32,000 nt of DNA. Origin: Saccharolobus solfataricus. Its GTDB lineage: Archaea; Thermoproteota; Thermoprotei_A; Sulfolobales; Sulfolobaceae. Position 1 is the stretch's first letter. The number at the start of each line of letters is the position of its first letter. Positions 1 through 9,596 of the stretch are shown piece after piece. Under the pieces are notes generated by a model. The model was not told the origin of the DNA, searched no databases, and saw only the letters and a program-made list of their open reading frames with translations. Made by a program: the position numbers and the translations under genes. The stretch is taken from the NCBI RefSeq assembly GCF_900079115.1, contig NZ_LT549890.1:480001-512000 (forward strand), given 5' to 3'.

Positions 1-293
1 GTTCTGGATATACATGGACTGAAGTAAGAGGAGAGGACTTATATATATCAGTTACACTGCCCTCGTTAGAAGTAGGAACTGTAGGAGGAGGTACAAGGTT
101 ACCTACCCAGAAAGAAGCCCTATCCATTATGGGAGTTTACGGCAGTGGAAATCCACCTGGCTCTAATGCTAAGAAATTAGCTGAGATCATAGCTTCTACT
201 GTACTATCTGGGGAACTTAATCTCCTAGCTGCTTTATCCAACAAGGAGTTAGGTAAGGCTCACGCTAAACTTGGAAGAGCTATGAAAGTCTAA
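1..293 (+). CDS. hmgA: HMG-CoA reductase, C-terminal fragment (5' end lies outside the window)
   Basis: Open frame from the window edge (codon phase starts at nt 3) to TAA at 291-293. Hand translation ...[71 protein letters not shown] matches the conserved C-terminal region of class I HMG-CoA reductases. Confidence 0.8.
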
Positions 294-336
294 TCTTTTT
301 ATCAAAGTTTAAATATTCTGTAACTACTTTACTCTT

Positions 337-1638
337 ATGTCACTTCCTAAAGAATTAGAAAAAGTTCTTGAAATTACTAAGGCACAGAACGTATGGAGAA
401 GGACGCAGACTTTGAACCTTATTGCATCTGAAAACGTAATGAGTCCACTAGCTGAAAGTGTGTATATGAGTGACTTCATGTCCAGATATGCAGAAGGTAA
501 ACCATACAAGAGATACTATCAAGGGACCAAGTATACTGATGAAATCGAGACTCTTACTATGGAGTTGATGAATGAGATAACAAACTCAAAGGATTGTGAT
601 CTAAGACCTACTAGCGGTACCATAGCAAATGCGGCTGTGTTTAGAGTTTTAGCTGAGCCTGGAGATAAGGCATTAATAGCACCAGTCCAAGCTGGTGCCC
701 ATGTCAGTCATACCAAATTTGGAACATTGGGAGCTTTGGGTATTCAACATATTGAAATGCCATTTGATGAGGAAAACATTAACGTAGATGTAGATAAAGC
801 AATAAAGATGATAGAAGAAGTTAAACCAAAATTCGTAGTGCTAGGAGGCAGTCTTTACCTATTTCCTCATCCTACTAAGGAATTAGCTCAACACGTTCAC
901 GCTGTAGGAGCTAAATTGGTTTACGATGCTGCACATGTTTATGGGTTGATAGAGGGTAAAGTTTGGAGTAACCCACTAAAAGATGGAGCGGATATTATGA
1001 CTGTCTCTACGCATAAGACTTTTCCTGGTCCTCAAGGAGGAGCGATTTTCTCTGATGGTTCAGAAGTTTTTAAACAAGTCTCAAAGACAATATTCCCATG
1101 GTTTGTTAGTAATCATCATTTGCATAGATTACCAGCTACTGCAGTAACTGCCATTGAGATGAAATATTTTGGCGAAAGTTATGCTAATCAAATACTAAGG
1201 AATTCGAAGGCTCTAGCAGAGGCTTTAGCTGAAAGAGGATTTAAGGTAATTGGAGAAAATTTAGGTTATACTAAGAGTCATCAAGTAGCGGTAGATGTTA
1301 GACAATTCGGTGGGGGAAATAAGATAGCTAAGCTATTAGAGGACGCAAATATCATAGTAAATAAAAATCTATTGCCCTATGATAAGCCAGAAGATGTTTC
1401 CGATCCAAGTGGCTTAAGAATAGGGGTACAAGAGATGACAAGATATGGGATGAAAGAAGGTGAAATGGAGGAGATAGCTGAGCTATTTAAGAAAGTTATT
1501 ATAGACAAAAAAGATGTTAACGAAGTTAAAAAAGAGGTAATTGAGATGAGAAGGAATTTCTTGGAGGTTAAGTATACATTCGATGATATGAAAGATTTAG
1601 AAAAGTACTCGTCAAAATCATTAAAATTGATCATCTAA
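337..1638 (+). CDS. glyA: serine hydroxymethyltransferase
   Basis: 433-aa ORF with the N-terminal LIASEN motif and the PLP-lysine region [13 protein letters not shown] typical of SHMT. Confidence 0.92.
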   Translation: MSLPKELEKVLEITKAQNVWRRTQTLNLIASENVMSPLAESVYMSDFMSRYAEGKPYKRYYQGTKYTDEIETLTMELMNEITNSKDCDLRPTSGTIANAAVFRVLAEPGDKALIAPVQAGAHVSHTKFGTLGALGIQHIEMPFDEENINVDVDKAIKMIEEVKPKFVVLGGSLYLFPHPTKELAQHVHAVGAKLVYDAAHVYGLIEGKVWSNPLKDGADIMTVSTHKTFPGPQGGAIFSDGSEVFKQVSKTIFPWFVSNHHLHRLPATAVTAIEMKYFGESYANQILRNSKALAEALAERGFKVIGENLGYTKSHQVAVDVRQFGGGNKIAKLLEDANIIVNKNLLPYDKPEDVSDPSGLRIGVQEMTRYGMKEGEMEEIAELFKKVIIDKKDVNEVKKEVIEMRRNFLEVKYTFDDMKDLEKYSSKSLKLII

Positions 1639-2041
1639 CTAATATCACAGATACTGGAGCGTTTATCGATATTGCTAACGCTGTAGAGCCTATATTTATA
1701 TCGCTATTTAGTGAAGTTCCTCTTGCACCCATTATTATTGCGTCATATGGTTCCTCATTTATTACCTTTAATATCTCATTTGAAACACTAGACTCCTTTA
1801 TGTTAATCTTAACTATTTTTAAATCATATTCAATCTTATTGTTTATTCTTTTTTCAATAAGTGACTGTATATCGTTCATATTATTACAATCACTGCATAC
1901 ATGTATTATAGTTATTTTGGAGCCATATCTCATACCGAAGTCTACTGCAAGATCTAGCGCCCTTAAACTATTCTCAGAACCATCCACTGGTACTAGTATT
2001 TTCCTTAACCAGAAGCTTACAAAATAAGATGGTTCACTCAT
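1631..2041 (-). CDS. universal stress protein (UspA family)
   Basis: 136-aa ORF with [15 protein letters not shown] and IIMGARG Usp signatures. Its start overlaps the gap stop by 4 nt (ATGA), making it the last gene of the pgk-gap operon. Confidence 0.75.
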   Translation of the reverse strand: MSEPSYFVSFWLRKILVPVDGSENSLRALDLAVDFGMRYGSKITIIHVCSDCNNMNDIQSLIEKRINNKIEYDLKIVKINIKESSVSNEILKVINEEPYDAIIMGARGTSLNSDINIGSTALAISINAPVSVILVR

Positions 2042-3060
2042 ATTAGATACCCCTTTAATATTCCTAAACTTTCATTAGTAATTCTCATGGAATCTTCTGC
2101 ACTCATTAATTTCATGGAAGCCCTTATTGCATCTATATTTTCTGGTACCACTATTGATTCTTGATGTACCGCGTACATGAGCATGACCTCGTCATCCTTA
2201 ACGTAAATCGAATCACTAAATATCATTACCTCTGGAATATCATTTCTGTCCCTTTTCAAATCTCTCGCCACTTCTACTAATTCCGCTGTAGCTTCTGCAT
2301 CATACTTTGAGGAGATTAGAACTATCCTTGGAGTATTTTCTAGAACGCTAAGTATATCTTTTTTCTCTACCTTATCTTTTAAGGTTATATTGATAAAGTG
2401 CATATGCATCAGTGTTGTTGGGGCTATTACTGCCATCGTAGCTATATCTAAATTCCTTATAACGCTATTAACGTCTTTTGCGTGATGGCTTGGCACTGTT
2501 GCGGGATCAGGTACTAATGAATTTATAGGTCCCTTCTTGACTTCCTTTTGATCAGCAGCTCTTCTAACTATTGTCGCTCTAACTTTCTCCACTTTACTGA
2601 CCTTATTTACTGTACATATTGTTCTAAGTAGTGCAGTAGTATTACATGATACTACTCTAATGTACTTTTTGCCAAGGGCCTCGTTATAATTACATAAGGC
2701 TGAGAATGAGATATCAGCTACTTCAGCTTTTTCGCCACCTTGAAATATAGCGTTTCTCTGTAATTGTAGATAAATTGGCTTATATTGTGCACCAACACCA
2801 TTTGGCGTAGTATCCACTACAATATCTGAGGTTTTTATTAGATCCTCTACTGTGCCAGCCACTGGTATTCCCGACTCTTCGAATTTCTTAATGGACTGTT
2901 GGGGTACGTAAATTCTGATTCCCCTACGGTGTGCTATAAAAGCTTCGTAATTTGGAGATGTCTTCGCAACCCCTACTAATTTCATGTCTGGTTGTTTAAT
3001 GATGGCATCAGCGACTCTTTTCCCTATAGTACCATAACCGTTAACAGCTACATTAATCAC
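2038..3060 (-). CDS. gap: glyceraldehyde-3-phosphate dehydrogenase, archaeal type
   Basis: 340-aa ORF with the Rossmann N-terminus [14 protein letters not shown] and the catalytic-Cys motif VSCNTT. It overlaps the pgk 3' end by 8 nt. Confidence 0.92.
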   Translation of the reverse strand: MINVAVNGYGTIGKRVADAIIKQPDMKLVGVAKTSPNYEAFIAHRRGIRIYVPQQSIKKFEESGIPVAGTVEDLIKTSDIVVDTTPNGVGAQYKPIYLQLQRNAIFQGGEKAEVADISFSALCNYNEALGKKYIRVVSCNTTALLRTICTVNKVSKVEKVRATIVRRAADQKEVKKGPINSLVPDPATVPSHHAKDVNSVIRNLDIATMAVIAPTTLMHMHFINITLKDKVEKKDILSVLENTPRIVLISSKYDAEATAELVEVARDLKRDRNDIPEVMIFSDSIYVKDDEVMLMYAVHQESIVVPENIDAIRASMKLMSAEDSMRITNESLGILKGYLI

Positions 3061-4300
3061 CGCTATTCACCACCGACATTGATAATGCCTCTAATGCTGG
3101 TAATCGTTCTCCAGATAAGAATAAGAGGAGAGCTCCTCCACCAGTAGAGATATGAACTTTACTACTATCTATCTTCATATCCTCATCTAAAGCACTTATC
3201 ATGTGTCCACCTCCTATTATAACGTAACCTTGTCCCTCTAATGATGCTTTTAAGACGCTTTTACTTCCACTCTTAAATCTTTCATCTTCGATTACTCCCA
3301 TTGGTCCCCTTAAAACTACTACTTTAGCATCTTTTATAAATGATGAGTATATTTCTGCAGTAGTGGATCCGATATCCTTTATAATGCCAGTGACCTTACT
3401 AGCTGGTTCCTCGATTACGTTTCCGTTTATTTCTACCTTATAGTCAACTGGTATTTCGATAGGAGCTCCACTTAGAAGTAGTTTTCTAGCTCTAGGAATT
3501 AGACTCAGTATACCTAATTTTTCCAGAATTTCCATATTCTTTGGATTTAAATTCATTCCTTTAGCGACAGAAAATAATTCTGCAACTAAACCCCCAGTAA
3601 GTATTCTGTCAGCTATCCTTTTTCTCACTAGATTTTCAATTATCCTAATAGTATCGTGAACCTTACCACCACCTAACGTAAATATCTTTGGTGTGTCTTC
3701 GGCATTAAAAATCTTGGCTAACGCTGAAACTTCCCTTTCCATTACTCTTCCAGCTGCTGATGGTAAAGCTAAAGGAAAGCCTACGATACTAGGCTGACTT
3801 CTGTGTGCAGTAGCGAACGCATCATTGATATAAATGTCGAAAAGCGGAGCTAATTTCTTTACTAAAAAGCTTTTTACGTGTTGTTGTGGTGGAGCCTCTA
3901 TTAACTCCTCTGAAATTAATCTTATATTATCTAAGAGTAAAATCCCATTATTTTCTAATTTTTTAATCATTTCCCTTGCATATGGGCCTATTACATCATC
4001 TACGAAAATTACTTCTCGATCTAAATACTTTGAAATTAATTTAGCATGTTCCTCTAAACTTGTGAAATCCTTGTCTCCAGGCCTACCTTGATGTGAAATT
4101 AACACAACAGAATTGCCCTTATTAATCAATTCCTTAATTGTTCCAATATGTGCCTTTATTCTAGAATCATCAATTATTTTGCCGTTCTCATCTACGGGGG
4201 AATTTATGTCTATTCGTAACAGAACTTTTTTTGATTGGATATCTATATCATCCATTGTGGGTATAGTTAAGTCTCCCACTTTAATCAGAAAGATCCCCAC
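3053..4300 (-). CDS. pgk: phosphoglycerate kinase
   Basis: 415-aa ORF with [13 protein letters not shown] near the N-terminus and the C-terminal STGGGA motif. An alternative start at the internal Met (MDDIDIQ, nt 4255) is possible. Confidence 0.9.
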   Translation of the reverse strand: MGIFLIKVGDLTIPTMDDIDIQSKKVLLRIDINSPVDENGKIIDDSRIKAHIGTIKELINKGNSVVLISHQGRPGDKDFTSLEEHAKLISKYLDREVIFVDDVIGPYAREMIKKLENNGILLLDNIRLISEELIEAPPQQHVKSFLVKKLAPLFDIYINDAFATAHRSQPSIVGFPLALPSAAGRVMEREVSALAKIFNAEDTPKIFTLGGGKVHDTIRIIENLVRKRIADRILTGGLVAELFSVAKGMNLNPKNMEILEKLGILSLIPRARKLLLSGAPIEIPVDYKVEINGNVIEEPASKVTGIIKDIGSTTAEIYSSFIKDAKVVVLRGPMGVIEDERFKSGSKSVLKASLEGQGYVIIGGGHMISALDEDMKIDSSKVHISTGGGALLLFLSGERLPALEALSMSVVNSGD

Positions 4301-4329
4301 TTATATTCCGCATTTTAGGGTAATAACTT

Positions 4330-5115
4330 TTAGCAACGCAGAGAATCGATAATAAAACGATCCCAAATTAGGGGTATCAAGGCTTTAGTCTTCAGCTGAT
4401 TTATAAATATCTGCAACTCAATTTGCCTAATATTACTCCTGTTTAAAGAGATCTTTGGCTCAGAAAAGCTAAAATATTCTAATGCTTTCTTTAAAGGTTC
4501 GATTGACTCTAAGGTTTGCTGTATTCTACACTCTGCTACTGCTTTAAGTCGCGTCCCATCACCAGTATCTATTTCCGAAACACTACAGTTAACTCCAAGG
4601 GTTTTTTCAATCACGCTCTTTATTAATGATTGAAGAGTATAAGGTATTTCATATAAACTTACTCCAATTGGTGGAAAGAGGAGTTTTACAGAACCCCGTG
4701 TTTCTTTCAGATTTCTAACTACAACGTCTATGTAGAAAAATATGAAAAGAATCCCACAAATCTTCAATTTAAATATCTTTATCTCACCAACTGTAAGAGT
4801 ATCACTTAAAGAATTTTTTATTGTAGTGGCTAGATCTAGCTCTTTTATATTTCCATTACCACAAATCATCCCCTTTATACTAGCCAAATTTCTTATTTTT
4901 TCATCTTCGATATATTGAATGACATATAGATCGTGATTCTTTAATCCGGCTTTCTTGATTGATTTCTGCAAAATATTTGAAATATATACTAATGGCTTAT
5001 TATGGGAGACGATTAACCACTCCCCGTACTCGTCAGCGTAAAATGGCTCCTTAATCTCGTCATTTTTATCTTTCTTAAATATGTCAAAGATCAATTTTTG
5101 AGCCTCTAATAACAT
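4330..5115 (-). CDS. hypothetical protein, no recognisable family
   Basis: 261-aa ORF on the same strand as pgk, 29 nt upstream of it. No motif I can assign. Confidence 0.5.
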   Translation of the reverse strand: MLLEAQKLIFDIFKKDKNDEIKEPFYADEYGEWLIVSHNKPLVYISNILQKSIKKAGLKNHDLYVIQYIEDEKIRNLASIKGMICGNGNIKELDLATTIKNSLSDTLTVGEIKIFKLKICGILFIFFYIDVVVRNLKETRGSVKLLFPPIGVSLYEIPYTLQSLIKSVIEKTLGVNCSVSEIDTGDGTRLKAVAECRIQQTLESIEPLKKALEYFSFSEPKISLNRSNIRQIELQIFINQLKTKALIPLIWDRFIIDSLRC

Positions 5116-5418
5116 TATGCTATTAAAGTTTAAATCCTTAACAATTAGCAGTTACCTAGCTTTATGCTTAAAAATTACGTTAGGCAGTGATATAACTCTA
5201 TAGATACCCTATGATGCAAGAAGAAAGCTTATAAGGTGGGGAAAAGTTAAACACATTTAAATCTTAGGGTGCTTTCTGCTTTGCGAACTTGTTGAATTTT
5301 CACAAAGAGTTAAGAGATATTACAAACATAGATTGAACATCTTTAGATTAATTGAAATGAGGAAAATAGCAGTTTAGTATAAAAATAGTCATCAGATCGA
5401 CTAAGCAAGAGCTTCTAT

Positions 5419-5569
5419 AAGATTTCATGAATTTATATTTAATCCTCATCCTACTAACCAGTATTTCCCTCCCATATCATCTGTAGGACTAACTCCTTAC
5501 GGAGAAGTGGGGAGGTTCATCGAGTAGCTTCCTTCCCCTTACATTACTTATATAGTCTGTTGTGGCGCC
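5419..5569 (-). repeat. local repeat family, copy A, left part (interrupted by ISC1439)
   Basis: Colinear similarity to copy B. GATTTCATGA-ATTTA..AATCCTCA (5421-5448) matches 9569-9597. GAAGTGGGGAGGTTCATC (5504-5521) matches GAAGTCGCGGACGTTCATC (9615-9633). ACTTATATAGTCTGTTGTGGC (5545-5565) matches 9765-9785 at 15/21. It lacks about 100 nt of the core seen in B. Confidence 0.7.
5561..5569. repeat. target-site duplication of ISC1439, left copy (TGTGGCGCC)
   Basis: The identical 9-mer occurs at 7009-7017, and each copy directly abuts a terminal inverted repeat. Confidence 0.9.
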
Positions 5570-5788
5570 CAGTGGTGTTTCACCAAATTATTTCATTTGA
5601 AAGATATAATATTAGTCCTTTCAAAAAGAGATTGATATAGAGAAAAACAATAAAATTATTATGAAACATAACATGTTAAAATAATTTGCAAAAAATATAG
5701 CGTACAATTCTAATAATAAGAGGAGAATTCTGAATTTTTCTCACGTGGTGAAAACGACGTGCATAGTCTCCTCTGAACACCGAGAAAG

Positions 5789-6754
5789 TTAGAGAAGCTT
5801 GACGAATGAATCGAAGGACAAAACCTTCTTACACGTGGACTTGAAGTTAAAGAGAAGATGATTCACTAGATTCCACGCAGAATCCAGAACCGTGTAATAG
5901 AGGAACAAGAAGATCTTATTACTCAACTTCCTAACATACCTTATCCTTGCCTTCCTAACCTTAAAACCCTCCTCAACTTGCCACCTCAACCTATAGAGTT
6001 CAGCCAGTTCATAGGGATCTCCCTCGAAGTTCGTTACGAACATGAAGTGCCTCGGCTTCCCCTTAACGTAAACCACATCGTAATAATAAAGCCCTTCAAA
6101 TTTCAAGACCCTATACGCAACGTAAACCCTGTCCTTAACCTCGTATCTCTTCTCAACTAATGGAACGTTAGATAGTTCCTTGAATCCCTTCAAGTTCGAC
6201 TTTCCTCTCACAATGGTCTTCACGGGCATTTCCTTGATGACCCCTAGGTTCAAGAATCCGGCGTCAGCTACAACGTAATCTATTTCCATGTATTGGCTTA
6301 CTTCCCTCACGCTCCTGAGTAGGAACTGTGATGGACTGTCGCTTCTCAAATCTGCTACCTCCACTAGGAGGGGTAACCTTAAGGGATATACGAGGTCCAA
6401 GGATCTCATCTTTACTCCTTTTCTCTTCCAGTTGTAGAGTAGAAAGCCCTCTGCTTTTTCTTGTTCCTTTTCTCCCACGGTTAATCCGGTCTCATCTACA
6501 GCGACTACGTTGATCTCTCCCTTTACTTCTCTGTAGATTGGGTAGAACTTGAAGGTTCTCTGACCTTTACTAATTACTTTCTCGCCTCGTCTTACTACCT
6601 TCAAGTAGTATTTTCCTCTGTTTCCGGTTAGCAAGGATGGTGCTGCTTTCACTATTTCCGGGTCTAGATCTTGAGAGATAACGTTAATATTGTTTGTTGC
6701 TAAAGTTATAGCGAGGGACTTCAGCTCCGTTTTGGGTAATATCATGGTTTGCAT
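5789..6754 (-). CDS. ISC1439 transposase (IS4 family)
   Basis: 321-aa ORF inside the IS. YRLRWQVEEGFKVRK fits the IS4-family Y-(2)-R-(3)-E-(6)-K signature. Candidate DDE aspartates lie in VAVDETG and VVADAGF. Confidence 0.9.
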   Translation of the reverse strand: MQTMILPKTELKSLAITLATNNINVISQDLDPEIVKAAPSLLTGNRGKYYLKVVRRGEKVISKGQRTFKFYPIYREVKGEINVVAVDETGLTVGEKEQEKAEGFLLYNWKRKGVKMRSLDLVYPLRLPLLVEVADLRSDSPSQFLLRSVREVSQYMEIDYVVADAGFLNLGVIKEMPVKTIVRGKSNLKGFKELSNVPLVEKRYEVKDRVYVAYRVLKFEGLYYYDVVYVKGKPRHFMFVTNFEGDPYELAELYRLRWQVEEGFKVRKARIRYVRKLSNKIFLFLYYTVLDSAWNLVNHLLFNFKSTCKKVLSFDSFVKLL

Positions 6755-6778
6755 AACGGAGTTATGGAGTCCCTCGCT
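6710..6778 (-). promoter_or_regulatory. inverted repeat bracketing the transposase start codon (possible mRNA hairpin)
   Basis: AGCGAGGGACT (6710-6720) is the exact reverse complement of 6768-6778. TCCGTT (6726-6731) is the exact complement of AACGGA (6755-6760), and flanking bases can pair further with a bulge. The ATG (6754-6752, minus strand) lies in the enclosed loop. Confidence 0.45.
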
Positions 6779-7008
6779 TTAACCTTTTCTTGTTCATCTC
6801 GTCCTTCCACCTACTTTCCTCTATTGATAATACTAGACAAATGGTATTACTCTTTATATATAAACTCGTTTTCTGTTAGTTTCTTCAACAAATATGAAAA
6901 TTTTTTGCTTCTTGTGTTGAAATAAGCCGATTTTTCTAACTCCGCTCTGATATTTTTCTCTTCCATAGAAATTGTATCATTTTGAGTAAAATTGGTGAAA
7001 CACCACTG

Positions 7009-7017
7009 TGTGGCGCC
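7009..7017. repeat. target-site duplication of ISC1439, right copy (TGTGGCGCC)
   Basis: Identical to 5561-5569. Confidence 0.9.
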
Positions 7018-7090
7018 CTCAAATTATAGATAACGCCAGATGATATAAACTTTTAAGCTTATTAGAAACTGCTGACTAAGGGAAGAGTAG
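7009..7090 (-). repeat. local repeat family, copy A, right part
   Basis: ATATAAACTTTTAAGCTTATTAGAAACTGCTGACTAAGG (7043-7081) aligns with copy B 9792-9830 at 29/39 by hand count. On the minus strand it contains the BRE/TATA-like AAAAGTTTATAT. Confidence 0.7.
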
Positions 7091-7099
7091 TAGATAGAG

Positions 7100-8044
7100 A
7101 TGCGGATGAGTTTACGTATTGCCATATTATTATTTTTATTATTTTTAGCATTTAGCCTAGGCTTTGTAATTCAGTACTTCTTGCAAGTTTTTGGGATAAC
7201 TAACCAGTCTACTATCAACTCTGTGATTTTCTATCTTAGGATAGCTCTATACGTATTTATTGGCTTATGGATAGTATCTTCAATATCAGAGGCCATAAGG
7301 GTCTATTCTCAAAGGAGACTTGGTATAAGGGCTAATGTAATTGCAAATAGCGTAAGGTACTTTGGGTATGTAATTGTTTTTCTATTAGTGCTGTTACCCT
7401 TAGGAGTTGGCTCTTCTACGCTTATTGCAGGAAGCACTTTTGCAGGCTTAATTATAGGTCTTGCTTTACAACCGGTCCTAAGTAACTTCTTTGCCGGTCT
7501 ACTGATAATGCTCACTGGATATATAGTAGTTGGGGACAAAATAAGGGTTCTTTCCACACAAGTACCATTCTTCCCTGCGCAATTTCCAGCATATAAATAT
7601 TTTTCAACGGACTTTATAGAACAAGGATATAAAGGTACAGTAGTGGAAATAGATTTGTTTTATTCTAGAGTTCTTCTAGAGAATTTAAGGGAATTAAGAG
7701 TGCCAAATATTGTATTGCTGAACTCAGCAGTTTTGGACTATACTTCAAAGTACTCTGAGGAACATGTGATCAATGTGAGAGTGGAGTTTCCATTAGCTTT
7801 TATAGACATCAACAAGTTAGAAGATATAGTCAAAGAGGAATTAAAAGACTTTAATGTAGTAGAAGGACCTTATATAAATGAACAAAGCGATAAAGACCAC
7901 GTAATAGTATTGGCTAGATTAAAAGTTGGTGTTAGTGAAGATTGGAGGAAAATAAAGTCTAATGCACTAAAAAGGTTATTAAGACTAAGACAAGAGCTTA
8001 TAGATAAGAAGAGCCAAGATTCGCAACAAACAAAGATCTCATAA
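7100..8044 (+). CDS. small-conductance mechanosensitive channel (MscS family)
   Basis: 314-aa ORF with hydrophobic N-terminal helices, followed by the MscS core pattern GDKIRV...GTVVEIDLFYSRVL. Confidence 0.75.
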   Translation: MRMSLRIAILLFLLFLAFSLGFVIQYFLQVFGITNQSTINSVIFYLRIALYVFIGLWIVSSISEAIRVYSQRRLGIRANVIANSVRYFGYVIVFLLVLLPLGVGSSTLIAGSTFAGLIIGLALQPVLSNFFAGLLIMLTGYIVVGDKIRVLSTQVPFFPAQFPAYKYFSTDFIEQGYKGTVVEIDLFYSRVLLENLRELRVPNIVLLNSAVLDYTSKYSEEHVINVRVEFPLAFIDINKLEDIVKEELKDFNVVEGPYINEQSDKDHVIVLARLKVGVSEDWRKIKSNALKRLLRLRQELIDKKSQDSQQTKIS

Positions 8045-8054
8045 CCGCACACAT

Positions 8055-8316
8055 TAGTTTTTCAAATAAACTGTAAAGTTCATATAAATTTGTCACAGAT
8101 AAATTTTTGGATGAGACAATACCAGATGTGATGTTATATCACGGAGAAGTTAACGCTACAGTGCGCAAGATATTACGTCTTTCAGCAGATAGTCGATGGA
8201 TAGAGTTTCCGCTAACGGGTGTAGAAAAGAACGAATTGGCCAGCGACTCGGTAAAGCCCAAGTGACAAAGAGTTAATATCTAGTATTATAGAAATTATAT
8301 GAAACCCAAACCCTCT
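8055..8316 (+). repeat. local repeat family, copy C (AT-drifted, inverted relative to A and B)
   Basis: Colinear with the reverse complement of copy B. CTGTAAAGTTCATATAAA (8071-8088) matches CCGTAAAGTTTATATTAT. CCGCTAACGGG (8209-8219) matches CCGCTAATGGG. GCGACTCGGTAAAGCCCAAGTG (8243-8264) matches the reverse complement of 9600-9622 at 20/22 plus one gap. ATGAAACCCAAACCC (8299-8313) matches ATGAAGCCCAAACCC. Confidence 0.65.
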
Positions 8317-8537
8317 TAGATTCAAGAAGTATGTAATAAACTTCGAATCAGACTAGTGTCGACAATAATTTTATTAATTTAATATAAATCATATAAAATA
8401 TCCGTTTATCTTCAATTTAACATATGATTCAGATGCTAAGAAAGAAAAACTATTACAATTTTTAAATCCTTTCTCAGAAATTTTTGTTACGCAATTGAGG
8501 CATTCGATGAGATTGGTATTAGAGGAATTTTAAACTA

Positions 8538-8740
8538 AGTTTCAAATGAATAAAATTGTAGTCTCCACTTAATTAGACTTACTAACAAATCATTACCTCA
8601 CCACTTTACGAAAGTTAGAAACGTAAACAGAGAAAAACTTGTATAAAAAGGATTATACTCTTGCTACCTACCCTAATCTACACCTTCTTGACTAATTTAT
8701 TATTAACTATTACCTTTCGTCTATAACTAAGTTTGCCCTT
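8538..8740 (-). repeat. possible fourth, strongly decayed copy of the repeat family (copy D)
   Basis: Four blocks in the same order as in copy A: TTTCAAATGAAT, CTTACTAACAAATCATTACCTC, CTTTACGAAAGTTAG and ACTTGTATAA. Identity is only about 60% in an AT-rich background, so chance is not excluded. Confidence 0.3.
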
Positions 8741-8940
8741 CAATTCTCTGATTTTTTTACATCATTATTTAGAATCTTGCCAATTTTCCTTTCAACTTAA
8801 ACATTAGTGGATATTTGTTTCACTAAATTGTAACCAAGTTTGTATACTATCTCATATAATTGGTATCTAACGTGAACTTACGTAGCTTTGAACTCTTTTC
8901 TAAAGCGAGAGATCTAAGTTGAAATTCAGTGTTCATATAC

Positions 8941-9441
8941 TCATTTTTCAAGTATTTTCTCAATAATTTCTCGCTCGATTTTCTTTATATCTTCCTCGGT
9001 TTTGTTTTTATAAGCTTCCAGAAGCTCCTTATTCAGTTCTATGAATGTATGTCCCCACTTAACTACGTTGGAAAGCTTTATAGCCTCTTCCACCTCATCA
9101 ACAATGTACAACGTAGCTATTAACGCCTCAATAGAAGACAGTTTATAGGCTATACCGTAATGTATTGGGTTCCCGGCAAATAAGATTGGAATTCTTCTAT
9201 GTTCCCCTCTTATATTTTTAAACTCGCTTTGGGACGTATTATTCCATGAAGTATCAACTATAGTTATGCCAATTCTCCTCACAATATCTTTATCCTTGTT
9301 TGACAGAGTTATTTGAGCGAAAGGGTCAAGAACTACACCTTTACCTACTCTAGTAAATTCTGCAATTTTTAGTTTGACTAACTTCTTCCCAGTACATCTC
9401 TTTGGATCATCCTTATGGTAGTCTATAATATATACCTTCAT
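8941..9441 (-). CDS. tsr3: 16S rRNA aminocarboxypropyltransferase Tsr3 (DUF367 family)
   Basis: From the internal Met the product reads [24 protein letters not shown]...VDTSWN...[31 protein letters not shown], as expected for Tsr3 (166 aa). The 42 upstream codons of the 208-aa track ORF lie in repeat-derived, low-complexity sequence and are probably not translated. Confidence 0.8.
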   Translation of the reverse strand: MKVYIIDYHKDDPKRCTGKKLVKLKIAEFTRVGKGVVLDPFAQITLSNKDKDIVRRIGITIVDTSWNNTSQSEFKNIRGEHRRIPILFAGNPIHYGIAYKLSSIEALIATLYIVDEVEEAIKLSNVVKWGHTFIELNKELLEAYKNKTEEDIKKIEREIIEKILEK

Positions 9442-9596
9442 TTGCTCTCTATAATCTTTATGTTCCTTGAATATTAATAAATATAACGAGGTTCGTAAGT
9501 TGCTTTTATCATAAAATTTTATTATATAATGGTGAGACGTTATACATTTTAGGGGTTTGGGCTTCATGGGATTTCATGATATTTAATATCAATCCT

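Larger units (their letters stand above)
5570..7008 (-). mobile_element. insertion sequence ISC1439 (IS4-type DDE element), apparently intact
   Basis: Perfect 17-bp terminal inverted repeats CAGTGGTGTTTCACCAA at 5570-5586 and 6992-7008 (reverse complement). The element is exactly 1439 bp, is flanked by a 9-bp direct repeat, and has a single transposase ORF. Confidence 0.93.

Noticed and set aside
8299-8319. ATGAAACCCAAACCCTCTTAG as the start of a gene.
   Set aside because: It stops after six codons. It is the decayed counterpart of the repeat-borne ATG at 9567.
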